Of a stretch of DNA of 62,065 nucleotides, positions 1 to 9,500 are shown piece by piece. The position numbers were made by a program, and so were the translations under genes. Position 1 is the first letter of the stretch, and each line of letters begins with the position of its first letter. Location of the stretch: contig CAMKAU010000003.1 of the NCBI GenBank assembly GCA_946410595.1, positions 1 to 62,065 on the forward strand, given 5' to 3'. The DNA is from an uncultured Clostridia bacterium. GTDB taxonomy: Bacteria > Bacillota > Clostridia > Oscillospirales > CAG-272. The notes under the pieces are model-generated. The model ran no database searches, was not told the origin of the DNA, and saw only the letters and a list, made by a program, of their open reading frames with translations.

Positions 1-334
1 GATAAGACGACAGATCGATATAGCCCTCTTGCAGCTTCGGCTCCTCGGGAGCTTGTCCGGCTTCCGGCAGCCCGTAGAATTTCCGCAGGATCCCTTCGGC
101 GACGATCGGCGTAATGCAGAACGTTTTCGCGTTTCCTTTGTGCTGATCCGCGTATGCCTGGAACGCCCTCTCCGCCGCTTCGAGCGACATTTCCTTGACC
201 TGCAAATCCTGCTCGATCAGCTCCGCGCTCTTCGGCTCCCGCGCCGCGATCTCTTTCAGCTGCTCGCCGATCATAAACCGCGGCTTTCCTTCGTGTCCCT
301 TCTGTTGCTGTGCGATGATTTCTTGAAGTTTCAT
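1..334 (-). CDS. Partial CDS whose C-terminus lies beyond the window edge. Small phage/ICE-associated protein, tentatively PcfK-like/AcrIIA9-family-like.
   Basis: Absent from the ORF track because it runs off the edge. ATG at 334 has GGAGG 9 nt upstream (revcomp of 344-348). Translation MKLQEIIAQQQKGHEGKPRFMIGEQLKEIAAREPKSAELIEQDLQVKEMSLEAAERAFQAYADQHKGNAKTFCITPIVAEGILRKFYGLPE... has high GC3. The family assignment is from memory of similar sequences only. Confidence 0.55.
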   Translation of the reverse strand, partial: MKLQEIIAQQQKGHEGKPRFMIGEQLKEIAAREPKSAELIEQDLQVKEMSLEAAERAFQAYADQHKGNAKTFCITPIVAEGILRKFYGLPEAGQAPEEPKLQEGYIDLSSY

Positions 335-397
335 AATAGAATCCCTCCGTTTATCTATTCGCCGGTATTATGCCGCCGACGTCGGCAGATTGACGAA

Positions 398-583
398 TTA
401 AGCGACGAATTTTTCGAGAGGCACGTTCAAGGCGCGGCATATAGCCACGTATTCGTCGGCTGTGATTTTCCGTTTTCCGTTCAGCATAGCTGAAAAGATA
501 TTGAGCGGAATCCCCACCCTGTCAGCTATCGCTTTGAATTTCAGCCCCTCTTCTTGAATGTAAATCTTAATCTTTGCACCCAT
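398..583 (-). CDS. XRE-family helix-turn-helix transcriptional regulator (Cro-like, 61 aa)
   Basis: ORF track protein MGAKIKIYIQEEGLKFKAIADRVGIPLNIFSAMLNGKRKITADEYVAICRALNV is a typical HTH_3 fold. GGAGG lies 8 nt upstream of the ATG. Divergent from a second XRE gene. Confidence 0.85.
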   Translation of the reverse strand: MGAKIKIYIQEEGLKFKAIADRVGIPLNIFSAMLNGKRKITADEYVAICRALNVPLEKFVA

Positions 584-598
584 AATTTGACCTCCAAC

Positions 599-644
599 AA
601 TTCAGCGTTGCTGTATTTTTCTTTATTATAATTCAGCGTCGCTG
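599..644. promoter_or_regulatory. Two operator-like 15-bp direct repeats AATTCAGCGT(T/C)GCTG at 599-613 and 630-644
   Basis: Read directly. Each repeat contains the palindrome CAGCG-N-CGCTG (perfect in copy 2). Centre-to-centre spacing is 31 bp. Copy 2 lies in the spacer of the minus-strand promoter. A related TTCAG-N5-CTGAA palindrome sits at 673-686. Confidence 0.5.
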
Positions 645-653
645 ATTTGTCAA
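625..653 (-). promoter_or_regulatory. Sigma-A type promoter TTGACA-17-TATAAT for the Cro-like gene
   Basis: On the minus strand, TTGACA is the revcomp of 648-653 and TATAAT the revcomp of 625-630, separated by a 17-nt spacer. Confidence 0.6.
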
Positions 654-694
654 GTGTTTTCTTGAAAATTATTCAGTAAATCTGAAATTATATC

Positions 695-723
695 TTGATT
701 TTTTAGCCGTTCTCATATATAAT
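695..723 (+). promoter_or_regulatory. Sigma-A type promoter TTGATT-17-TATAAT for the CI-like gene
   Basis: TTGATT at 695-700, 17-nt spacer, TATAAT at 718-723, about 34 nt upstream of the ATG at 757. Confidence 0.55.
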
Positions 724-756
724 AGGAAGCGAGCACTTGAAAGAGAGGAAAATTAT

Positions 757-1152
757 ATGGGAACAATCAGAGAAGAGATAGCTAAAAATATTCGCTTTTA
801 CCGGAAAAAGAGCGGTCTAACGCAGAAAGAGCTCTCCGAGAAGATCGGCGTCAATAACTCCGCTGTGTCGAATTGGGAGAGCGGACAGAATTCGATCGAT
901 ATCGAAATTCTCGTCAAAGTCTGCGACGCGCTCGGCGTTTCTCTTTCTGATATTTACGGCATTTACGGAAATACAACCACGGAAGAATATTCCTCCCACG
1001 AGCGCGAAGTGATCCTCGCGTACCGTAGCAACCCCTCAATGCAGGAAGCCGTCGATAAGCTCCTCGGGATTTCTTCGGAGGCTCCCTCCATAGGAGAGGA
1101 TATCGCCTCAACCGTCGCCGCAGCGGTCGAAAAAAGTTCCGTCAAAAGCTGA
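757..1152 (+). CDS. XRE-family HTH transcriptional regulator (CI-like repressor, 131 aa)
   Basis: The N-terminus IRFYRKKSGLTQKELSEKIGVNNSAVSNWESGQNSIDIEILVKVCDALGVSLSDIY is a canonical HTH_3. The C-terminal extension is of unknown fold. Confidence 0.85.
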   Translation: MGTIREEIAKNIRFYRKKSGLTQKELSEKIGVNNSAVSNWESGQNSIDIEILVKVCDALGVSLSDIYGIYGNTTTEEYSSHEREVILAYRSNPSMQEAVDKLLGISSEAPSIGEDIASTVAAAVEKSSVKS

Positions 1153-1218
1153 CGATCCTATTCCCGCTCCCGGGAATTGTGTTTGTATTTACTATCTATC
1201 TATGAAGGAGAAAAGAAA

Positions 1219-1683
1219 ATGAAGAAGCTCAAAGCCTGGCAGATAATCCTCTTGATTATCTTTTACCCCGTCGGAATCGTCTATCTGATCGTCTATCTCT
1301 GCAAGAAGAGCAAAAATAAAAGCGCCGCTCCGAGATTTGATCTCGCGACGGCGCAGATCGAGCGCGATTTTCATACGAAAGTCGTCGGTGTCAGTTTCAA
1401 CAACGCCGACGGAAGCAGCCGGCAGGAGGCGATCAAGACCTGCCGCTCCGGAGAGGATATCGTATTGAAGCCCGTCCCGACGAAAGAATATCCGGACGCG
1501 ATCGGCGTTTTCTCGAAAGCCGGGAAGCAGATCGGCTTTCTCAACGCAGATCTCGCTCACGATCTGAAATACAAATACCCGACAAATCCGATGAGCTGCG
1601 CGATCTCCGATATTCACGGCGGAGAGGAGAATAAGAACCTCGGCGTCAACCTTCACGTGATTATTTACAAAAAGCAATCGTAA
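1219..1683 (+). CDS. Membrane-anchored HIRAN-domain protein (154 aa from the ATG at 1219)
   Basis: GAAGGAG RBS upstream of the ATG at 1219; the track start at 1177 is less likely. N-terminal TM helix AWQIILLIIFYPVGIVYLIVYLC. HIRAN-like core VVGVSFNNADGSSRQEAIKTCRSGEDIVLKPVPTKEYPDAIGVFSKAGKQIGFLNADLAHDL. Confidence 0.7.
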   Translation: MKKLKAWQIILLIIFYPVGIVYLIVYLCKKSKNKSAAPRFDLATAQIERDFHTKVVGVSFNNADGSSRQEAIKTCRSGEDIVLKPVPTKEYPDAIGVFSKAGKQIGFLNADLAHDLKYKYPTNPMSCAISDIHGGEENKNLGVNLHVIIYKKQS

Positions 1684-1714
1684 TCTCTTATTTTATCGAC
1701 CACAAGGAGGAAGA

Positions 1715-3550
1715 ATGAGCTTCGCAAAGATCCGTCCGGTTCCCGAAGCGTGCGCTCTGAACGCTGTTCTGTATTGCCGCTTCTCATCTGACCGTCAAAA
1801 AGAGAATAGTATTGACTTTCAGCTCCGGGCAGATCGCGAGTATTGCGAGCGGAAGGGATTAAAAGTCGTCGGCGAGTATATCGACCGCGCTCTGACCGGA
1901 ACCAATGACAACCGCCCCGAATTTCAGCGAATGATCCGGGACGCCAAAAAGCAGCAGTTCGCCTTTATCATCGTTTACCGGTTCGACCGCTTCGCCCGGA
2001 ACCGGTACGATTCCGCAATCTACAAGAAGGAGCTCGAAAGCGTCGGCGTCCGCGTCCTCTCGACAGAGGAGAGCGTCGGAACCGGCGACGAGGGAATAAT
2101 CCTCGAAAGCATTTACGAGGCTATGGCGGAGAGCTATTCCCGCAAGCTGTCGAAGATCGTCCTCGAAGGATTGAAGGAAACCGCCCGAAAAGGATTGACG
2201 ACCGGCGCCCCGCCGTTCGGCTTCTGCTCTGTCGATCACCGGCTCGCGATCGACGAGCGCACCGCTCCCGCCGTCCGTCTCTGCTTTGATTCCTACGCCC
2301 AGGGAAGAACGAAAACCGAGATCGCCGAGGATCTGAACGCTCGCGGCTACCGGACGCGCAAGGGAACGCCCTTCAATATCGAGACGGTGACGCGTGTCCT
2401 CTCGAACCGCGTCTATATCGGCGAGAACGATTACGCCGGGATCGAGCGCCGGTGTCCCTCCATAATCGACGAGAAAACCTTCGCAACCGTGCAGGAGCTT
2501 CTCGCGAAGAATAAGCGCTCCTACGGCAAGAAAAAAGAGCGGGCGTTCTTCGCCCTCTCCGGGAAGCTGTTTTGCGGCGTCTGCGGCGCTGCTATGGTAG
2601 GCGACGAGGGAACGAGCAAAACCGGCAAAACGTTCTTTTATTACACCTGCGCGACCAAAAAGAAAAAGCGCTCCTGCAAGAAGAAGAGCGAGAAGAAGGA
2701 TTTTCTCGAATGGTACGTCTGCGAGCAGACGGTGAAGTACGTTCTCACCGACGAACGGATCTCCGAGATCGCCGAGAAAGTCGTCGCCCTGGAAGAGCAG
2801 GAGAACGGTTCCGGAGAGCTGCGCCGTCTCGAAAAAGAGCTCGCCGCCGTCGAGAAGGATTTCTCCACGCTCGCCGAGAAGCTGCTCCTCACGGATTCTC
2901 CCGGCATTATCAAAGCGATAAACGAAAAAGCTGCTGTCCTGGAAGCCAGGAAAGCGGATCTCGAAAAGGAAATCACCGATTTGAAGCTCCGCTCCGATCT
3001 CTCCCTCAATCAAGAGGAAGTCGAAGCGTATCTGAACACCTTCCGGAACGGAGATCTTCTCGACGAGGATTTCCGGCGCCGGCTGATCCATACGCTCGTC
3101 AATTCGGTTTATATATGGGACGACAAGATCTTGATCTACTATAACGTGCGCGGATTCGAGAGCGTTTCCTATATCGACGCCCTCTCCGACGCCGATCAGC
3201 TGACGGAGCCCGGGTGTTCGGATAGCTTATCAAACGAACCACCAAAAAAACAAGGGTCGCCCGTCGGGTGCCCCTTGTTTTTTTGCTTGGATCAAAAGAG
3301 GGGATTCGAAGGGCGCGGAGTGAATGCCGCTCCGGGGGATCGTCAGTTCGCGCCCAGGTTCGCCCACAAAAAATCCCGCGCTCCCGCGTGGGATTTTTCC
3401 TTTTTCACTCTTCACTTTCCCCTCTTCCGCGCCGGGGGAGGGATCTCGGATCCGTTCGGGGGGTCCAAGGGTCGAAAAAAACAAAAAAAAGAAAAAACGT
3501 CTTTCTTTTTTGCCCGGGGATGCGTTATAATAAAAATGTACCCATTTTGA
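1715..3550 (+). CDS. Large serine recombinase (resolvase/invertase catalytic domain plus recombinase and zinc-ribbon region). The 3' end is doubtful beyond about 3245.
   Basis: AGGAGG RBS. N-terminal motif AVLYCRFSSDRQ...YRFDRFARN (catalytic Ser). Cys-rich segment CGVCG...YYTCATKKKKRSC followed by a coiled coil. The last ~100 aa translate through two terminator hairpins and look non-protein-like. Confidence 0.9.
   Translation: MSFAKIRPVPEACALNAVLYCRFSSDRQKENSIDFQLRADREYCERKGLKVVGEYIDRALTGTNDNRPEFQRMIRDAKKQQFAFIIVYRFDRFARNRYDSAIYKKELESVGVRVLSTEESVGTGDEGIILESIYEAMAESYSRKLSKIVLEGLKETARKGLTTGAPPFGFCSVDHRLAIDERTAPAVRLCFDSYAQGRTKTEIAEDLNARGYRTRKGTPFNIETVTRVLSNRVYIGENDYAGIERRCPSIIDEKTFATVQELLAKNKRSYGKKKERAFFALSGKLFCGVCGAAMVGDEGTSKTGKTFFYYTCATKKKKRSCKKKSEKKDFLEWYVCEQTVKYVLTDERISEIAEKVVALEEQENGSGELRRLEKELAAVEKDFSTLAEKLLLTDSPGIIKAINEKAAVLEARKADLEKEITDLKLRSDLSLNQEEVEAYLNTFRNGDLLDEDFRRRLIHTLVNSVYIWDDKILIYYNVRGFESVSYIDALSDADQLTEPGCSDSLSNEPPKKQGSPVGCPLFFCLDQKRGFEGRGVNAAPGDRQFAPRFAHKKSRAPAWDFSFFTLHFPLFRAGGGISDPFGGSKGRKKQKKEKTSFFFARGCVIIKMYPF
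3244..3284. terminator. Bidirectional intrinsic terminator-like hairpin
   Basis: A 13-bp stem AAAAAAACAAGGG / CCCTTGTTTTTTT with a 15-nt loop. The A-run and T-run form part of the stem. Confidence 0.6.
3368..3410 (+). terminator. Second, imperfect hairpin followed by a T-rich tract
   Basis: AAAAATCCCGCG ctcc CGCGTGGGATTTTT with a 1-2 nt bulge, followed by CCTTTTTC. Confidence 0.4.
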
Positions 3551-3574
3551 GCAGGGATATATAAGGAGAAAATC

Positions 3575-6500
3575 ATGAAAAAACGGAAGTTGGTTTTGCT
3601 GTCGCTGGTTTTGGCGCTTCTCTTGTCGGCGGGCGCTCTTTCCGCGATCGTGTTCGGGAGCGGGGCGGCCTCCGCCGTTCCCGTGATGGAAACGCCGGTG
3701 GCGCTCCCCGCGGGCAGCTATCCCCGGATGACGCGCCTTTCCACGGGCGCTTTGATGGTCTACGCCGGGCACAATGAATATATCTCCTTTGATTCGGGCG
3801 AGACTTATACACAAAGAACGTCCGATCTCCATCTCAACGCCGCGTCGTCCATTACGACCGGGACGATGACTCACAACGGGATGGACCGCGCCAATACCCA
3901 GGCGATCGAGCTTTCGGACGGCTCGATGATGATGGCGTACCGCACGCATACCCACACGCCGGCGGACTATCAGGAGGGGGACGAGTTCTATACCTCGATC
4001 CGCGTGATGACCCGCTCCGCGGAGGACAACTTTTTTTCCTATGACAATGAGGAGATCCTGATCGAACGGACGGTGACGGTCAAGCACGGCTTCTGGGAGC
4101 CGTTCCTCCTTCAGCTTGACGAAAACACCGTCGCGATGTACTACGCCGACGATCTCACCCCCCGCACCGAGCGCGGCTCTTCTTCCTGGTATCAGGATAT
4201 CTCCGTGATGACCTACGATATACCCACAAAGACCTGGAACAAAACGCCCCGGATCTGCCTTGACGGCATCGAGCACGCGAGCCGCGACGGGATGCCGATC
4301 GTCGCCCGTCTCTACGACGGCAGCGGCTACGTGCTGGCGATCGAGGGCTGGATCGACGGGGGCAGCAACCTGGAGATCGAGCTCTGGTTTTCGCAGGACG
4401 GACTCACGAACTGGACCAACCGCACCGTCGTCGCCCGCTCGAACACCAAGGGCTACAACTGCGCCGTTCCCGGCGTCGCCGTCCTGCCGGACGGCCGGCT
4501 CGCCGTTTCCTTTCAGGAGCCGCTCTCCGCTATCGGGCGCACGCTGCTCAACGGCGAGGTCGCCTACAACGGCACGCCGCACGTCGTCCTCTCCTCCGGC
4601 CCCGTAACGTTTGCAAGCTCCGCCTCGCTCGCTTCCGCGACGACGAGCGGCTCGACGGCCTGCTACCGGCTTTCCTCCTCTTTTTCCACCGAAGTCGCCC
4701 TTCCCCTCGATTACGGCGAGTACGATCAGCCCGGCACGGCCGACGATACCTACTACTGCGCCTGGAACTCCGTTTACTGCGCGAACGGCTATCTGTATTT
4801 CTGCGGATCGGTCGGTCATAACGTGCAAAACGGCGAAACGGTCAAAGCCGTTTCCGACGGCGTGCAGATCTGCCGCGCGCCGGTCGCCGGAGCGGACACG
4901 CCCGATCCCCTCGCCGCGGCGGAGGGATGGGACGCCTTCCATATTTCCATCCCCGATCAGCTGTTCCGTCTGATGAACGATCCGGGCGCGTGGGGGATCG
5001 ACTGCGTTCTCGACTGCGATATCGACCTTTCGCAGGCGGCGTCCTCTCTTTCCCAATCGCCGATCGGTACGTCCGCCTCAAAGCCCTTTACCGGGACCTT
5101 CGACGGGCGAGGGCATACGGTCTCCGGGCTGGATCTCGAATCGAACGAAACGACCTTGTCCGGCACCGGTCTCGGGCTGTTCGGCTACGTCAAAAACGCA
5201 ACGGTCCGGGATCTCGGCGCGGAAGGCGAGCTGCGGATCGCGCAGCGGTACGCCGGGATGGTCGGCCGTTCGCTCGATTCCGATCTGATCGGGCTCCGCT
5301 CTTCTCTGACGCTCCGGTTCCTCTCCAGCCAGGAGTCCGGCGTGACAAAGCTCTCTCACGCGGGGGGCGTGGTCGGCTATTTCACGGTCGACGGGGCGGC
5401 GACCCGGCACAAGCAGGTGTCAGGATGCGTTTTTGACGGGATCTTCACCGGGGAAGCTTCCACGATCAGCCGCTCGGGCGGCGTGATCGGACTGATCGAC
5501 TTCGGCTCCGGCACCAAGGTCTCCGCGACCGTCTCCGATTGCCGCAACACGGGGACCGTCTCCGGCGGGAGCCGTCTCGGCGGCGTCATCGGCGCCGTTT
5601 ACAATCCGTCGCCGAACGCGGGCGCCGATCTCACGGTCACCCGCTGTCAAAACGAAGGGACCGTCACGGCGGTTGCGACAACCGACGGCTTCTGCGGCGG
5701 GATCGTCGGTCTCTTGCAGAACGGATCGTCCTGCGCCGGTATGACCTCGCTTCTCGGCTCGGTCAACGCGGGGACCGTTTCCGGCGTGCTCAACGTCGCG
5801 GGGATCGCCGGGGGCGCTGTCAGCGACTCGGCGCAGCTTTCGGTCGCCCGCTGCGCGAATACGGGCGCCGTTTCCTCCACGCGCACCGCGGCTCTCTCCG
5901 GGACCGGCGCGATCGTCGGCAAGGCCCGCGGCGTGGAGGTGCGCGACTGTGAAGCGCGCGGCTCCGTCACCGGCGCGGCCAGCGCCGACGTCGGCGGTCT
6001 GATCGGCTACGCCGCCTACAACGGCTCGTCGCAGACCAACTCCGTTTCCCTCTGCCGCAACTACGCCGCGCTCACCCTGTCCGCCGCGGGGAGCGCGCTC
6101 TCCGGCGGCGCGCAGAGCGGCGCGACCGTTTCCTTTGCCGATTTTTATCTTGCCGAGGGCGCCGGCGCGTCTTCTTCCGACGCGGTCGTCCTCCCCGTGA
6201 CCGCCGATCCGGCCGAGTACCACCACTTTGACTTTGAGGCCGTCTGGACGATGACCGAAAACGGCCCGGCCCTGCGCGATTTCGCCGGCGGATACGCCGA
6301 GCCGCTCAGCCGGGGCACGCCGGAGAGCTACGCCGTCCGTTACGTCTGCGACGCGGGGGACGACGCAAACGACGGGCTTACCCCCGCCTCTCCCCTCGCC
6401 ACCCTTCCCGCGGCGGCGCGGCAGCTCACGGGCGGCGGCGTCATCGTCGTCTGCGGGCCTCTCACCGTCACAAACGCCTCGCTTGCCGCCAATTCCGTCT

Positions 6501-9500
6501 ACCCGGTCACGGTCACTTCTTATTATAACGGCGCCGACTACCGCGCGGGCGGCAACGCCGCAAACGACGCGCGTTTCATCGCGGCGACCTCGATCACCGC
6601 GGCGGCCAACGGGTATTACGGTCTCCGTTTCAACGGCGACTATACGCTGGAAAACCTCGATCTCGTCTGGTCGGGCAGCAATCCCGCCTTCATTCTGGCG
6701 TACCATAATTTCCGGATCGCCTCCTCCGTCTTCTCCGTGACGGCGGACCCCGCCGACGCGGAGACCGCGTCGAAAAACGGGATCCTCCTCCTCGGGATGA
6801 ACACGAGCGAGACCTCCGCCGCCGTGATCACCCGCGACCAGACCGTCGTCCTTGAGGGCGACTGCTCCTATAACTGGATCCGCGCGGGCGGACGCAACGG
6901 CACCGACGAGACCTATTCCGGCCGGATGACGATCCGCCACGCCTACGGCGACGTGCTGGCTCCCGTCCCCTCCGCCTCCGCCGCGCACACCGCTTCCGGC
7001 GCCTCCCTGCTCGGCCACAACAACTGGGACGGGGCGAAGATCGTATATGATTTCTCCGGCGGGACGATCCGCGGCGATCTGTTCGTTCTCGGCTATACCT
7101 CGCAGAGGGTTTCCTCCGCGAAGGCCTCGGTCGAGGTCAACTTCCTCGGCGGCCGGGTCCTCGGGGACGTCGTCGTCCGCCAGAATCCCGCCTATCCCGC
7201 CTTGCTAAGCGGAACGGTGGAGATCAATGTGCCGGACGGCGCGCCCTTCTCCCGCCTTGATACCGCGGGCACGGACGGCGTGGATTTCTGCGTGCGGGCG
7301 GCGGAGGACTGGCTTGACCGGCTCGACTTCTCCGGCGCGGCGGCGGAAGGGAAGCTCTGCTTTGTGACCGACGCGGCGTCCCGCGCCGCCTCCGCCTCCT
7401 GGCTGATGCTGGCGCGGACCGGGACGGAGGAAAACATCCTGGATCTGCAGGGCTTCCAGATTCGCGATAACGAAAACGGCGCCGCGCTGCGCGCGGTCTT
7501 CCGCCTCCTCGGGTCCTTTGCGGAGGACTATATGGATTACCGGACCGTCGAGTTCGGCGTCCTCGTCAAAAATGCGGAAAACCCCATCCCCTTCCGCTAT
7601 TTCCCGGGCGGCGGACAGTACGGCGACGAAACGGCGGATACCGGTCATGACGCCAACCTACAGCTTTCGACACGGCAGTTCAAAACGCTCAACTACCTCT
7701 GCAGCGCGCAGACCGGCTCCGCCGTCGTGCTCGATTATTTCTACGACCCGGAGGAGAGCGATCTGGTCACCTTTGCCGCCGCCGTCCGTTTTGCCGACGA
7801 GGAGACGATTGCGCTGTATGCGCGCAAGGGCTTCGCTTTCTGTCCGTACGCAGTCCTCTGCGACGGGGAAGGGAACCTTGTGACCCTCGCCGGCGGGACG
7901 GTCTCCGCCTCTCTCTACGATCTGGCGGCCTCGCTCCATGAAAAACCGGGGGTGAGCGCCGAATCCGCCGCGATCGCGGAGTCTGTCGTAAACCGCTGCC
8001 GGCGGATCACGCCCGCGGAGGAGCTCAACACCGTCTCCGTTCCGGGCAGCCACGCCGGGGAAGCGGCGGGGCAGGCGACGGTCGAGTACGACTATCGCAC
8101 CTACGCCGAGCTGGATACCGGCTCCGCCGGTCTCGGCGTGACCGCCTGCTACTATCCGCGCGTCAAACAGATGAAGGACGGCAGGTACATCCTTTTCTAT
8201 CAGAACGGGCAGGTCAGCGGCAATATGTACTGCGCCACGGGCGATACGCCGCAGTCCTTCTCCGGTAAGACGATCATCTTCCGTTCGTACGACACGACGC
8301 TGCCGGACGGAACGGCGGATTCCGTCCGCTTCTCGAGCGGGGACGCCCTCGTCCTCTCAAACGGCGATATCCTCGCCGTTACCGCCCTGCGGATCAATCA
8401 CGATTATACGCAAAACGTCGCCGGCGGCGGGCTGGTCCTCAGCCGCTCGACCGACAACGGAAAGACCTGGAGCAAGGCGCGGCTCATCTATACCGGCAAC
8501 TGCTGGGAGCCGCACCTGATCGAGCTGCCGGACGGGGAAGTGCAGATCTACTTTACCCATATCGCGCCGAAGTGGTATTACGATACCTACCGCAGCGAGC
8601 GCCGCTCCAGCGGCGTCGGCCTGATCCGCTCCTATGACGCCGGGGAGAGCTGGACGCCCTACGTGACCGAGCCGCCCTACGCCGCCGAGCGTGTGATGCA
8701 GCAGTATGTCACCACGCTTTACGGAGTTCGCCATTTCACCGATCAGATGCCGGTCGCCTGCCTCCTCGCCGACGGCACGCTCGCCGTCGCGGCGGAGAGC
8801 AAACAGGCCGATAACAGCACCTTCAAGATCTCCCTCGGCTATTCGGACGATAACTGGGCGACGGGTCTCGGGTACGACGAGACCGGCCCCGCCGAACGTC
8901 TCGACAACTTTGTCACCGGCGCGGGTCCGTATCTCGCCGCCTTCCCCTCCGGGGAGACGCTCCTCTCCTACAACCGCAGCAATACGATGATCGTCCGCAC
9001 CGGCGACGCCGGCGCGCGCGCCTTCGGCGGCGAGTCGACGGTCTTCGGGACAAACGGCTACTGGGGCTCGCTTTTCGTCGACGGGACGCACAGCGCCGTC
9101 GCCGCGTTCCCGAGCGTTTCGGGTAATACCTCCTCGATCCGCACGGTCACCCTCCGCCTCAATCACGCGCTCTTTGCAAACGAGGCGTCTCCCGTGATCG
9201 ACGGGTATATCGCCGACTGGCTCTCCAATACGGACGCCGTCTTCCTCGGCGCAAAGACCCAGGCGCAGGTTACCGTCCGGACCGCCTACGACGCGGAAAA
9301 CGCCTACTTCCTCATAGAGCGCAGCGACCGCGCTCTCCGCTTGTCCGACACCGTGACCCTGTACCTTCCCGCGGCGGGCGGCGGGACCTACACGCTCGCC
9401 CTTGACCCGGCCGGTACGGTAGCGCTATATAAGGACGGAACCCCGGTCTCCTTTACCGGCGCGTGCGCGGTCTTCACGGACGGCACCTTCGACAATCCCT

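Larger units (their letters stand above)
1..3290 (+). mobile_element. Right-hand end of an integrated mobile element (prophage- or ICE-like). The left boundary lies outside the window and the right boundary is approximate.
   Basis: Contains a phage/ICE-type small protein, a divergent Cro/CI-like XRE pair with operators, an accessory HIRAN gene and a terminal large serine recombinase reading outward. No att repeat can be defined from one end only. Confidence 0.6.

Noticed and set aside
29-493. A 154-aa plus-strand ORF at the window start
   Set aside because: It is antisense to two well-supported minus-strand genes (partial CDS 1..334 and XRE 398..583), its sequence is Arg/Leu-rich and it has no RBS.
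3296-3365. tRNA-like fragment suggested by GGATTCGAA / GGTTCG strings near the recombinase 3' end
   Set aside because: Neither strand gives a T-arm with complementary 5-bp stems around a TTCGAAT loop, and no acceptor or anticodon arms could be folded. Not a tRNA or tmRNA end.
3230-5056. A 608-aa minus-strand ORF antisense to the start of the giant gene. Similar long antisense or alternate-frame ORFs occur at 5420..7018, 8357..9166, 9425..10630, 10955..14161, 18978..22643, 41234..43486, 43669..45522, 53012..55207 and 59985..61844.
   Set aside because: Their translations are Arg/Gly/Ala/Pro-rich and low-complexity, with no motifs, RBS or sensible starts. All lie opposite genes with strong family motifs. 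This is the classic high-GC shadow-ORF artefact.
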